Position numbers and translations under genes: made by a program
Shown: in pieces, positions 36,746 to 49,130 of the stretch
How positions within the stretch are numbered: the stretch's first letter is position 1
Layout of the letters: each line of letters starts with the position of its first letter
Source: Camelus ferus
Taxonomy: Eukaryota
Reading direction: 5' to 3'
Length of the DNA stretch: 64,000 bases
Assembly: GCF_009834535.1 (NCBI RefSeq)
Contig: NC_045697.1
Span: forward strand, 109,556,001 to 109,620,000
The notes under the pieces: generated by a model
Databases searched by the model: none
What the model was told of the DNA's origin: nothing
What the model saw: the letters and a program-made list of their open reading frames with translations, nothing else

Positions 36746-39550
36746 TAGTATTTAGGTTGATGAAAAAAGGCCCCAAAGCATTTTCAATTTTGAATTCAAA
36801 ACTTCCCCACTGGACTGAGTCTAGACATTAAATACACGTTCTGCTCTCTCCTTGGTCCAAGGATCTAATTTTCCCCCTACTTTCATTGACCCCTCAATTC
36901 CCCTTCAGGGAAACATGAGAAACCAAAACAAGTATTGATTCCACTATACACAAAAGAAAGTAAAAAACCTTCACTTCAGCTGGAATATTATTTTCAGCCA
37001 TAAGATAAAATCAGTCGTGGGGACCTGGAAGTTTTTATTCTTTTAAAAGTACATACTGAGCGCCTCCCAGGAGCTGGGACCTGCCCCGCAGGCTGTGGGT
37101 GCAGCAGAGAACAGGACAGATGAGGTCCTGCTGGCACATTCCAGAAGCAGGATTAGGGAAAAAGCCCACAGAAGGTTCAAGGAATATTTTGGGTATGACA
37201 TGTGCTGTGAGGGCAGTTCAGGGTGATGTGATCAGCTCGGGGGAGGTGGCAGTGGGGACTAGGGGTGGGTGGGGAAGGTCTCCTTGAGGAGGTGCATCCC
37301 AGGTAAAACTTGATGAGGATGAGGAGAAAGCAGAGGGACGAGCAGGTGCAAAGGCCCTGGGGCAGGAGATCAGAGGGGCAGGGGCCCCATGAGTAAGGGA
37401 CACAGGGGAAAGAGGGGAGCCAGCAAGGTGGACAGAGGCCACCTCTGTAAGGCCTTTTTGGCCACCAAAGAGAGAATGGGAAGTCCAGCGAGCAGTACCT
37501 GGAGAGTCTTAAGAGAGAAGGAACATTACCCCATTTGAGTGTCAAAGAAATCACCGACTGCTGGCAGGAGAGCTGGTACTGGGAGTGCGGGAGTAACAGT
37601 CACAGCAGTCAGAGTCCCCCATCCCATCAGCAGGATGAGGGACAGGACAGGCAGGTTGTGTGCGGACAGGCTGGTTGAGGGGGTGCAGGAGGTGAACACC
37701 TCAGACTGGGAGGCAGTGGCAGAGAGCTGGGTCGTGGTGATGCCCCTGACTGAGAGGAGGAGACCGGGCAGGGGCGGGGGCCTGAGGGTTGCATGTCAGA
37801 CGGGTTCCGTGTGAGAGGCCTCGTGTGCCAGTGGAGACAGCGTAGAGGTAGCCGCACCGACAGATCAGAAGCCAGGTGAGGCTTAGGGCTGGAGCCGTCC
37901 ACTGGGGCATCCTCAGCCTGCCGAGGGTTCTAATGTGATGGGAGTGAGTGATGGGGGCCTTGCGAGGAGAAGAGTCTCAGGGAGTGAGCCTGGGACCTCA
38001 CATTTAGTAGAGGAGGCAGCGGCAGAGAAGATCAGAAGGAAACACTGATGAGGTTGGAGGAAGCCAAGAAGGTGAGGCAGTGGCCAGCACCAGGTCAAAC
38101 GCTGGAGGACCAGGTCAGATGAGGGAGCCGTGAGGGACCAGCCAATGACCGGCACTGGTGTCGTCACCGTCCCAGCTCGAGCCAGTGGACACCAAGCGAG
38201 GTGGCGGGGGAAGGTCAGTTGTGAGGGGAGCTTCGAAACAGGCGGTGGATGGGAGGCTGAGGGGGGCGATGGCCCAGCCTGCTGGCGTGCAGGGGACGTC
38301 AGAGCAGCAGGGAGCAGGTGGGCTGCGGGGAAGATGCAAGTCACCTTCCTGAGCCTGGACGGGGCAGGGGCGCGGCGCCCCCCATGGTGGGAGGTAGGCA
38401 GACCCAAGCAGAAGTGATGGAGCTCCCTCCTGTTTCTGTCGGGTACCTGCTGCACATCACGCACTGTACACGCCTGTTTTGTGGATCACGTTGTACCGGA
38501 ACCCGGCCACTCCTTGTTCGTTCACCTAAAGGGGCAGAGTTGTTGCCACTGGTATGGCCTAAAATATCTACTCCAGTCCTTTACAGAAAACGCTGGCTGA
38601 TCTTCACTCGAGGGGACAGAAGGGCAACAAGAGAGCAGGAGCCTGGGCCTCCAGCTCCACAGAGGTGCCTGCAGCCCCGGACCCCTGACTCTGCAGCAGG
38701 AAGGGAAACAAACTCTCGTTTCAGCTACTGTTGTCGGGTCCGTTACAGCATCCACACGCACACCCGCCTCCGCACATGTCCTGGTCACCGCTGTCTCTGG
38801 CACCTGGCGTGGTGTCTGCTGCACAGGAGGGTGTGTAACAGGATGCGTGGGAGGGGCCCGTGTGAGTTCAGCCACCTGGCTGTTAAAGAAGAGAGTCTTC
38901 ATGATTAGAGAATACTTCAATTACTCTGGGATTGGCCGCAAGCAAAGGCACACTAAACACACATACGTACACGTGTCACATGCCAGTCTCCACATGTAGA
39001 GCTCTTCACGACGGTTGTTACTCTGCTGGATTATGCTGCCGCTGGGGGAAACTCAGGGATCCCTAGAGTAAGCGAGGCAGGAGAGGAGACCGACCCCGCC
39101 TTCCAGGAGCTTAGATTTTAATGAAGACTCATCAAAGAGCATCCCCTTTGAGGCCAGATGTCGTGGGGTCTAACTCCAGCTTTACTACCTTCCCAGCTTC
39201 CCCGTGCCTCAGTTTTCTCTTCTGTAGAATGGAGCTAATAATGGCAACAGACCTCATAGAGACGTTGTGAGGATTAAATGAGCATTTACATAGTGCTTGG
39301 CATGTAGTAAGCCCTCAGTTGGCTACTACTGCTGTTGGTTACGCTTACTATCATCAATTTAAATGAAAGAACCTGAAACAATAGGCTGCCTATGAACTTA
39401 AGTCTCAGGGTCTGTAGGGGCAAGTGAGGCAAGCACTTTCTACATGGCTGATGAGATTGTAAACTGGTTGGCGATGTGTATTAGGTACCTGGAAAACTCT
39501 TCTATGAATTGACTTCTAAGGAAAACTGTAAAAGATGTGCACAAAAATTG

Positions 39551-40062
39551 GGTATCAGTTTCCTACTGCTGCCATAAAAACTTCCCACAAATTTAGTGGC
39601 GTAAAACAACACACACACACATACACACGCATATTTATATTTTTACAGTTTTGCAGGTCAGAAATTGAACACAAGTTTCACTGCACTCAAACCAAGGTGG
39701 TGACAAGGCCGTCTTCCTTTGTGGAGGCTCCAGGGGAGACTCTTATTTCCTTCTTCCTTCTCCAGCCTCTCCAGGCTGCTGACCTTCCTTGGCTCATGGC
39801 CCCCTTCCTCCATCTTCAAAGCCAGCAATGCAGCATCTCTCTGACCCCATCTCCGTTGTCACATCTTCTTCTCTGACCAAAGGGTTCTCTTCTTTTAAGG
39901 ACCCGTGTGATTAGACTGAGTCCACCCAAATCATCTCCCCATCTCAAGGTTCTTAACTTAATCACGTTTTCCAAGCCTTTTAGGCTCTACCGTCACGTGT
40001 TCACAGGTTCCAGGGTTTAGGATGTGGGCCTCTTTGGGGGCGGGGTCGTTATTCTGCCTATG
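39551..40062. mobile_element. MaLR (MLT1-type) LTR
   Basis: TATCAGTTTCCTACTGCTGCCATAA...TTCACAGGTTCCAGGGTTTAGGATGTGG...ATTCTGCCTA. Confidence 0.75.
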
Positions 40063-43000
40063 ACGTACCGGCGTATCCATTACCGTGTTTAGAACAGGGA
40101 TGTGTTGGAAATAAATGTTCGACAGTAGGAATACGTTTAAATTATAGTACGTACAGATGGTGGCATACTAGGAAGCCTTTAAAAGCCGTTGTAAGAGAAC
40201 GAGGTAGGCAGTGAAAGAGTTAGGATACAGTTTATACGCCGTTCGGGTTCGCACTGAATGGGGGCAGGGGAGGATGCACTGTCTTGGGGGAGGGATTATG
40301 AGTCATCTTCATTTTTTGTTTGTTTCTTTTTCTCTTTGGTATTATCTATTATCAGCATGTTAACTATCACCCCACCTCCTCCCAAAACTTTTAATTAAGT
40401 CTTAAGGGAAAGTGTATTTTATTTAACAACGGTGAAAGTAAGTATGTTAAAAACAAACACTGAAGTCCTAATAAAATTTACATCATGCTATAAAAGGACA
40501 GGATTTAAAGGCAAAGGCAAAGTGAAACTTTCACTAAGCATTCCCTAGTAAAAATCCTATAAAATGAGGTATGTAGAAATTACTTGGGCTAGGATTAAAG
40601 GCACATGAGAATGTCTTTAAATACTCATACAGCCAACATCCAAAATGCAAGGCAGTCTAATTATAATTAGGTAAAATACTGGGCAAGTGTTATAGAAGTC
40701 ACCTTTAAAATACAACTTTGTTAAAATACAACTTTGTTAAAATACATATAATATTTATGCAAACTCAAATTAACATTTCAAAATTATTTCTGTGTGACCC
40801 AGACATTTGGACAATTTACTGCTCCCCGTGGAGTACAGAGATGTTAGTAAAGTAGAACGTATTTATTAATTGTGTGATAGAATGTATGCAGTATTTAAAA
40901 AAGAAAACTTACTTTAGAAACCAAAAGCAAACAAAAACTCTACCTAATGTCATTGCATCAGGGTGGATGTTTTATTCCAGTTGTATGTTTAGTTGTTCAC
41001 TAGATGGAGAACTTATTTAAAATCCTTAAAACATGTAAGGAACAGACCAAGGACAATGACCTCAGGATTGGAGAGGCTGCAACACTGACGGGAAACATGA
41101 CCGCTCAGTCTCTATTTCAATGTGAAAAGCAATTCCCGCCACAAAAGGAGCAAGCAGCTCTGAGTGAGGCCACGTCCCCAGATTTATCAAGTATCCCAGG
41201 CGCCCAGTGCTACTGGAGAGAAAGCAACCACTTCTTTGCCGTCCTTCTTTAATTTAAAAAAGTCATTAAATCAAAATGATGTGGCAAAACCCAGAACTGA
41301 TTGTGTGTTGGTTGGGCTAGGCTAGGTTACGCTGCAGAAACAAAGTGATCTCCCAGCAGACCCAGATGACACTCCAGGGACACCGTCCTGCCGTGGGACT
41401 CAGTATCCAGGCCACTCTGCTCTTGGATTTTGCCAACGTCTTAAGCGTCTCCCCGTTTACCTCCACAGGAAAGGGCCTGGAGGCCTCAGGCTGCTCTTCC
41501 GGGCTCCCCCCGCCCCACAGGGTCGTACGGTACGTACAGTACGTCACTTCCGCTCACAGCCCATTGGTGGGAACCAGTCACGTGGTCCCACTCGAGCGGA
41601 AATAGCGGCTTCCACGTGTCTGAGCGGAGAAGAGAGGGTGGTGCCGGGCACTCTTTATGTTTCACCGCACTGTACCGGCTTGGAGAAGGATTTTGTTAAT
41701 GTCTGCCCTATTTGGAGAGGTTTCTGGTGTCTAAGGCAACCAGGCAACCAGGCAACCAGTAGGGCATGGGCTTCCTTCTGGAGAGAAGGCCCTGCAGTGC
41801 CAAGCAGGAGTGTGACTTGCAGCCCAGCTGTTGCAGCTGGGCCGTGGGACTTCCTCACAGTAGAGTGCAGCTTCTCCATGGTGCCCAGGCGGCACCCACG
41901 CCTCCAGGCTTCCACATCCTGGGGAACTAGATGCAGCCTCCGAGGTCTGTGTCAGCACCAGGAGCCCAGCCTGGTCCTCAGACACAGCACCCTGTGTTGC
42001 CTCTACTTCAGAAAAATAAGATTTCAGGTTTTAGGTGCCAGTACACGTCAACTACTGAACAGTTATTGAGAAACAGTCTGCCTGGAGTAACTAGTAGGCC
42101 TGAAACCCAGGTATCCATGAGATGAGTCATTGCTTGATTCATTCTGGAACAGAACTTGGAGAGACCAGTAGTGGTTACTGGAGGTAACTGGTGGTTTCCT
42201 AAGTGTCACTTTCTGATGGGAAGTGAAAGACTGATCAAGTTCATCTGGGGATGAGATGAAGGGTGACTCTTCCACAGTTTTCAGTTCATGATTTCATGCC
42301 CCAGCTACAATGAGAAGGATGATCAAAACAGTTGTGGGATATTATTCTAGCTGTTGAATATGAAGCAGCCTCCAGGACCATGGGAAAACAGGCAGTAGAT
42401 GTGTAAGTGTGAGAAAAAGAAAGGCTGGACCAGCATCGTGTCCAGAAATGGATTTGAAAGAAATGAGAAATGATTTGGACAAGGAGGGCCATCAGGGCAG
42501 GTGGAGGGAGTTTGGCCGAAGAGGAAGTGGCTATGCTGCTGTCAACACCAAATGCTTTTTCTCTAACCCGATCAGAAATCTTACTTTAGAAATGCCTGGG
42601 GTTTTGCCCACAGCAACCATAGTCCTCTCTCCTCTTCCCTGGTCACTGAATCTACTTGTCCCCCCGGGGAATGATTGCTTCTATGGTGCTGACTTAAATC
42701 CACTGTGGGTGCTTTCTCCTCTAGTGTCTTAAGAATAAGTGGACGTACCTTTGTTGTTTGTTCTGTCTGTTGTAGCAAATACGGATAAGCAAAACGGAAA
42801 AAAATAAAACCACTGGAATCCTATCGCCCACCAAGTAGGAGTTAACATTTTGGTGTGTTTCCTTCCAGACTTGTGTGCCTATCTGTGTTTTAACAAAGAC
42901 AGGATATACACATGATCGCTTTTCTCACTGAATATTCTGTGAAAAGCTGGATTATTTCTGAATGCCTTTTAGACATTTTGCAGATCTTTCTCATTCAAGG

Positions 43001-43394
43001 TGTCAACATCAATATCACTTCTAGTCTATCCTTAAGTGAAACCTGTGCCTGAGTTTGTTCATCTACTAATGTATTCATTTAACATCTTCCGAGCCCACAC
43101 TAGGGACCTCTTGATAAAGATAAGTCAGCTCAAATACTCTCCCTCTCCCAACCCTCCTCACATTTAATTGGTCATTAAATTACTCATTCATTCAACAAAT
43201 ATTTATTTCATCTGTCTTCACACGCCCTGTAGGCAGCCTGTGCCCTCTTGACTTGCTCATTCAATAAAACTGAGCAGCTATTACATGCCAGACTTTGTTT
43301 TGTGTTGCGGACATACTGCAGTAAACAAGCCACGCATGGGCCCTTCTACGATGGTGTTAATATCCTAGAGGGGAAATAAACAAAACATCACTGT

Positions 43395-43925
43395 TTCGGT
43401 TCTTGATTGCTGCATAACAAATCGCCCCCAAACTTCATGACTTCAAATAACAACAGTTATTATCTCACAGTTTCTAAGGGTCAGGAATCAGCCCACAGCT
43501 CCACTTGGACCTTCTGCTTCAGAGCTTCTCCTGTGACTGTGGCTGGGGTGTCCATCAGGGCTGCCCCCATCCCCAGGCTCAGCTGGGGGAGAGTTTGTTC
43601 CCAGGCTCGTTCATGTGGTTGCTGGCAGGAGTCAGTGTCTTGCTGGTTGTTGGCTGCAGGCTGCCTTCAGTGTCTGGCCACATGCATCTCTCCATTGGGG
43701 CAGCTAGCTTCATCAGAACAAGCAAGTGAGGGAGATGGAGAGAGAGAGAGAGAGAGAGCCAGTAAGACAGAAGCATGTCTTTAAGACATAATCCCAGAAG
43801 AGACAAGCCATCACTTTGCCATATTCTGTTTGTTAGAAGTGAGTCCCTAGGTCCTGCCCCAACTCCAGGGGAGATGACGGACAGGAAGTGGAGGTCTTTG
43901 GGAGCCATTTTAGAAGGCTGCCTGC
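43395..43925. mobile_element. MaLR (MLT1-type) LTR
   Basis: TTGCTGCATAACAAATCGCCCCAAA...CATCACTTTGCCATATTCT...GGAGCCATTTTAGAAGGCTGCC. Confidence 0.7.
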
Positions 43926-46900
43926 CCTCTTCTTGAGTAGCCAAGACGATTCCCACTCACGTTCAGCCCAAGAAGTATGAAACGGGGATGAGACATAGAG
44001 TGTCTGGGAGAGCTGGCAGAGGCCCTCCTGCGTGAGCGGGCAGGGAAGACCTCCCAAGGAGGGACTAGACGAGTCTGGGCCCTTCCCGACAGAGGGACCG
44101 GGGAGTGCACCGTGGGAGGGTGAACATTGCAGTCTCAAGGAAGAGAACGGAGGCTGCTAACACCGAACAAAGTGGGCGAGGGGGCTGCGGGTCCCTGGTG
44201 AGGTGAGAATTTTATCACAAACCTTATAACAAACCATATGAGGCAAATATGAATCTATGTTTTGAAATAACGAGTAACTTCCCTAAGATCACACCACTTG
44301 GAAGTGACGTAGCACATACAAGGATTTGAACTTGGGTCTGTCTGGTGATACAATCCGCCTGTTTGCCACCACGTCCCCCGCAGTTCACTGCAGGGGCCAC
44401 TGGGAGGGATGTGGTTGGGTGATCAGCCTGCCCCAGTGGCCCAGGACCGAGGAGGTGCCAAGGATGTGAGACTTTCATGGTTGAAACCAGGAGAATCCTG
44501 AGGAGACCAGGACAGTGGGTCACCCTAAAGTGAAAACCTGCCCCCTAGGCTCTTGGAAGTGATATTACACCCAGGCCAAGCCAGCAGTCGTGAGTCAGCC
44601 AGGTGCATGGTTTGTGACCAAGAGAATAAACTGTAGCATGGCCCCACCTCGTTGCTAAAACAGGCTATTGAAATACTTTGCTTTTGTTTCCTTTTGTTTT
44701 TCTCAGGTCATTCCTGTGGGAAAAGCCGGCCTAACGCCCAGGTGCAGTCGTGGACTCCTAGGGCGGGGAGAGACGGAGGCAGTCCCCCGCATGTCCTCGG
44801 CCACTGAGTAGGACATAGGGCACAGACAGGGCTCCTGGTCCCTCAGACACCTTTCCTGCTGGGCATCCTGCTTACTGGTACATGTTCCTCGTGTCCCTTC
44901 CTGAATGATCTCTCTCCCTCCCCCGCCTTAATGCAGCACTGGCCCCTGGAAGGTGCTACCCAGCAGGTCGAGGCACGACAATGACCTGTGCACAGCAAAG
45001 TGTGATATGACTGAAGAGGTGACACCGGCGAAAGCTGGAAGCTGAGCTCCAGACATGTCTTTGTTCACTTTCCCACATCCTGGTGACTCGAAGCAGGAAG
45101 ATGGTGACTCTAAGATGGCCCCAGTGGGACTTGCCATCTCTCATCCAGGCAACTGGCCCTTCACTTCCCTGCGGACCGGCTCTCCTTTGCTGAACCTCTC
45201 CGACCACAGACTCTGTGACCGAGAAGTTCTCCTCTGCTTCCCACAGCCCTTCTCCTTCTAACTGCTTTCCTGGCCCCGCTCTTCCTTGGAGAGGGAGTGA
45301 CACCACGACCGGGCTCTGGCCCTTCTCCCTCTCCCTAGAGACCTCCACACTCCGCTGGAACCTTCGCCTCTAAGTTGAAGACCTCCTAAGGGACCTCAGG
45401 CCAGATGGACTCGATTTAGAGACCACGGCGGATCATATCCACCCTCTCCGAACAGCACTCTCTATGGGTGGAGCACACTCCATGCCCCGTTGTCAGGCTT
45501 GGCCCAGTGTCTTGTGTTGGCCATGAATGTGGACACAAGTGACAATGTGCTAATTTCCAAGAGAAGCTTTAACTGGCCCTGCATAGTCCTCTGTCTCTGA
45601 CTATTTTCTTCTGCCACCAAATGGCATGCTCAAATAGAGGCTTCTTCATCAGCCTGGGATTTAGAAGGAGCGAACCAAATAGCTACCCTTTCTGTTTTCT
45701 GCAGAACATCCAAAGCTGATGGTATCACAAAAAGCACATGATTGACAGGTGTCTATTTGCAAATAGGGTCCGATCTCTAAGAATGACTAGATAGGCAGCT
45801 TCTGCCCAGTAATAGTCAAGGTGAAATTTAGAACGGATGCATTCTGAAGGAGTAAATAAAATAATGCCAAGATCCAATATTCAGAGACCAACTGAATGTC
45901 ACCTCCGAGAAAGCCAAGCTTTAAGAGAATTCTGCCTGCCCCACGTAACTAAGATTGGATTACAGAGCATGGGGGCTCTTGGTTTGAAAGACAAGCTGTT
46001 GAGATAGTCTGTTCTTAACAGAGCAACCGGGAACAGTCCTTTCAATATGTCAGCCATGTCACACTTTCACTCGATACCCACTCGTGGCTTCCTGGGACAC
46101 CTGAGTGCCGCAGCATCCAAGACCCTGCATGATCTGACTTCCCCCTACCTAGTCTCCTACACTGCCTTTCTTTCTCACTTAACTCCAGCCACGCCCAACT
46201 TATCATCTCTCAAATACACCAAGAAAGCTCCTGCCTCCAAGCCTTTGCACTTGGTGTTCACACCACCCAAAACACTCACTCCCTAGATGTCCCCGGGACA
46301 CTCCCTTTCTCCGTTTAGGTTTCTGACCAGATATCACCTTATCAGAGAGGTCTTTCCTGCCAGCCCTTATGAGGAGATTGTACTTCCTTGCCCATTATAG
46401 CTTTTGTTAAAATCAAATGCAAATGGAGACCGGACTTAAAAATTGCCTGCATGGTCATACAAGCAAAGCTTAATTTAATTTATTTTGCAAAACAAGCGAG
46501 GTTACTAATTACTATGTCAGTGATTTGTTGGTTTTGTTTCTGTTTCTTATGAACTTTTGATGCTTGGGACAATGAATTTGAGCAAAAATCACATCACTCC
46601 TGGGTTGAAGCATTTAAGAGTTAACGTATAAGACTGATGTTTGCCTCTAATGTCGCAAGAAGACAGACCACATGTTCCAGATGGTTTGATCACAGGATGG
46701 GGGCAACTATATTAGCCTGAGTTACTAAGTCACTACCTAGAGCAAAATTTGCCTGGAGACTTGTCTGGACCCACGGTGGACTCTCTATGTTTGTTACAGC
46801 AGCATAACTTAAGTTATCCTGATTAATACCCACTCCCACGTGCCATCAATCCCTTTCCCCTTACACTACTTTATTTTCTCTGTAACATTTATTATCACTC

Positions 46901-47129
46901 GATATATTATATATTCACTTGTTTGTAGAAGTCATTTGTGCTGCTTACCAAATATTTCCATCTCTCTGCTTCCTGGACGTGTGGAAGGATTGTGGTTAGG
47001 TGGGGCCATGTTCTAGAGTTTCCCTTGTGCACAACTGGCCCCTTTGGACTCATCCTGGGTCACCAGAATGCAGCAGACACACCCAGGCTGGTCCCCAGGA
47101 CCCCTAAATCCTGCTGTTTATGCCCTTGT

Positions 47130-47548
47130 ATAATATTCTCGTCTTCAGTACGGGCAAGACCTGTGACTTACTTCTAACCGATAGAATATGACAAAGGTGA
47201 TGGGCTGTCACTCCCATAACTGTTATGTAGCATAAGACCCCCGTCTTGCTAGCAACCCCTCTCTCTCTGTTGCTGGCTTTGAAGAAGCAAGCTGTCATAA
47301 AGTGAGTGGTCATATTGGAGACACTCGTGTAACAAGAGACTGCAGGTGGCCTCTAGGCGCCAACAGTGACCCCAAGCAAGGAGCTGAAATCCTCAACCCA
47401 CAGCTTCAAGAAATGAATTCAGCCAAACACCTGGGAACTATTGGAAGGGAATCTTTTCCTAGTTTGGGCTGTGATGAAAGGCTTAGTTGGTATCTGGATT
47501 TCAGCCTGATGAGACCCTGAGCAGAGGACCCAGTGAAGACGTGCCACC
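47130..47548. mobile_element. MaLR (MLT1-type) LTR fragment
   Basis: CTGGCTTTGAAGAAGCAAGCTG...GAGACCCTGAGCAGAGGACCCAG. Confidence 0.65.
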
Positions 47549-48336
47549 ATGTTTGTCTCCTCACCCGCCTGACAGCAGTGAGCCCCCAAGAGGGCAGAGA
47601 TTTGTTTTGTTCACTTCTATTTCCCCAGCGTAGCTTGGCACATAGTGGGCGCCCAGTACATATTTATGGGATGAATGAATAAATGGGAAAGAACTTGATT
47701 TTGCTTAACTTCAGAGAGCAATTCTTACCCATAATACAGTCATTAAATATAATATGTACATTTAAATGTCATTTGTATACATATGTTTTGAAAAGTCTCT
47801 AGCAATTAAACCTCTGTCCTAAAATCATCCTTGAGTTCCAGTTCTCATTATGCACAAGATGATATGATTCAATCCCTGGTAGGACAAAATTTATGCTAAA
47901 GCCAAAAATAAGTTTTAATATAAAATGAGTGTTTCTTAATCCATACAGATAAAATAAAACTTCCATTGGTCTTAACTGTGTCGTGAGGAGTTGGCTATTA
48001 GCATTTTCACACGCCAAACCTGGAGTGTATGTCTGAAATAGTAAATATGCTTTACAACATAACCTACATAATGGTCCTGAAGTCACTTAGTGATTGTTTG
48101 AAGTGATGAACTTCAAAACAAAAATTATGAGGACAGACCTCGATTTACAACAGAGCCATTTCTCACGTGGGCAACTTCAAAACGTAAGGTTTACGGTGAT
48201 GGTTATAATTCTCCTGAGCAATGCAAGAGACTAAGAGACAGCCAGATTCAAATATGTGGCTATTTTGTGGCAATGGTCTATGTAAAGTGGCTTCCCTTTG
48301 TCAGCTGTCACACTTCTGAATTTCTGTCATACCGGT

Positions 48337-48797
48337 TGTGGTAGGCAGAGTAATGGTCTTCCAAAGACGTCCACATCTTCATCCCCAGAACCTGTGAAGG
48401 TATACCTTACATGGCAAGGAGGAACTAAGGTTGCAGATGGAATTAAGGATGCTAATCAGCTGGTCTGGAGATGGGGAGAGGACTCTGCATTATTGGGTTA
48501 GACCCACTGTAATCATAAGTGTCCTTGTAAATGAAGGAAGGGCGCCAGAGAGTCAGAGAGAGGGTTGATGGTGTTATGCTGCTGGCTTTGAAGACGGAGG
48601 AGCCAGGTAGAGCCAAGGGGGCATTTAGAAGGAGGAAAAGGCACGGAAATGGATTTTTCTCCAGAAAGGGTTTTAGCTCGGTGAGACCCAATTTGGGTGT
48701 CCGACCTCCAGAACGATAAGATAAAAAAAAAAACTGTGTTGTTTTAAGACACTCAATCTGTGGTAATTTGTTAAAGCAGCAATAGGAAACTTATACA
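48337..48797. mobile_element. MaLR (MLT1D-like) LTR
   Basis: TGTGGTAGGCAGAGTAATGG...AGGTTGCAGATGGAATTAAGG...GCAGCAATAGGAAACTTATACA, with both termini. Confidence 0.8.
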
Positions 48798-48799
48798 GC

Positions 48800-49130
48800 A
48801 CTGTCCAGAAGCGACACATCCGAGACTTTACCCCAACTGCAAGCTAACCGGTTGGCTTGTCGCAGTCCCTCAGATGCTAGCGGAACACATGAGACTGGTG
48901 GGTCAGGGACAAAGGACAATTTCTTACTCACAGCAATGGCAGCAGCTAGACTGTCAGCACTTGGCATGGTTCACTGAGCCCACATTCCCCCAGGGCGGTG
49001 TGACACCAGCACACGCAGGGGGGTGTGTGATGGAGGAGGGACCCTGAGCTTGGGGAACTCAAATCTTTCAAACTGAGCAGTAAGCATGCCAGCCCTTTGC
49101 TCCCGAGGCAGTTACGGTTACCTTCCAGAG
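48800..49130. mobile_element. ERV LTR remnant (MER21/MER77-like), second copy
   Basis: Homologous to 28485-28960. Confidence 0.55.

Noticed and set aside
40705..40746. 16-bp unit TTAAAATACAACTTTG x2.6, and AGGCAACC x3 near 41733
   Set aside because: Simple slippage duplications without spacers; not CRISPR-like
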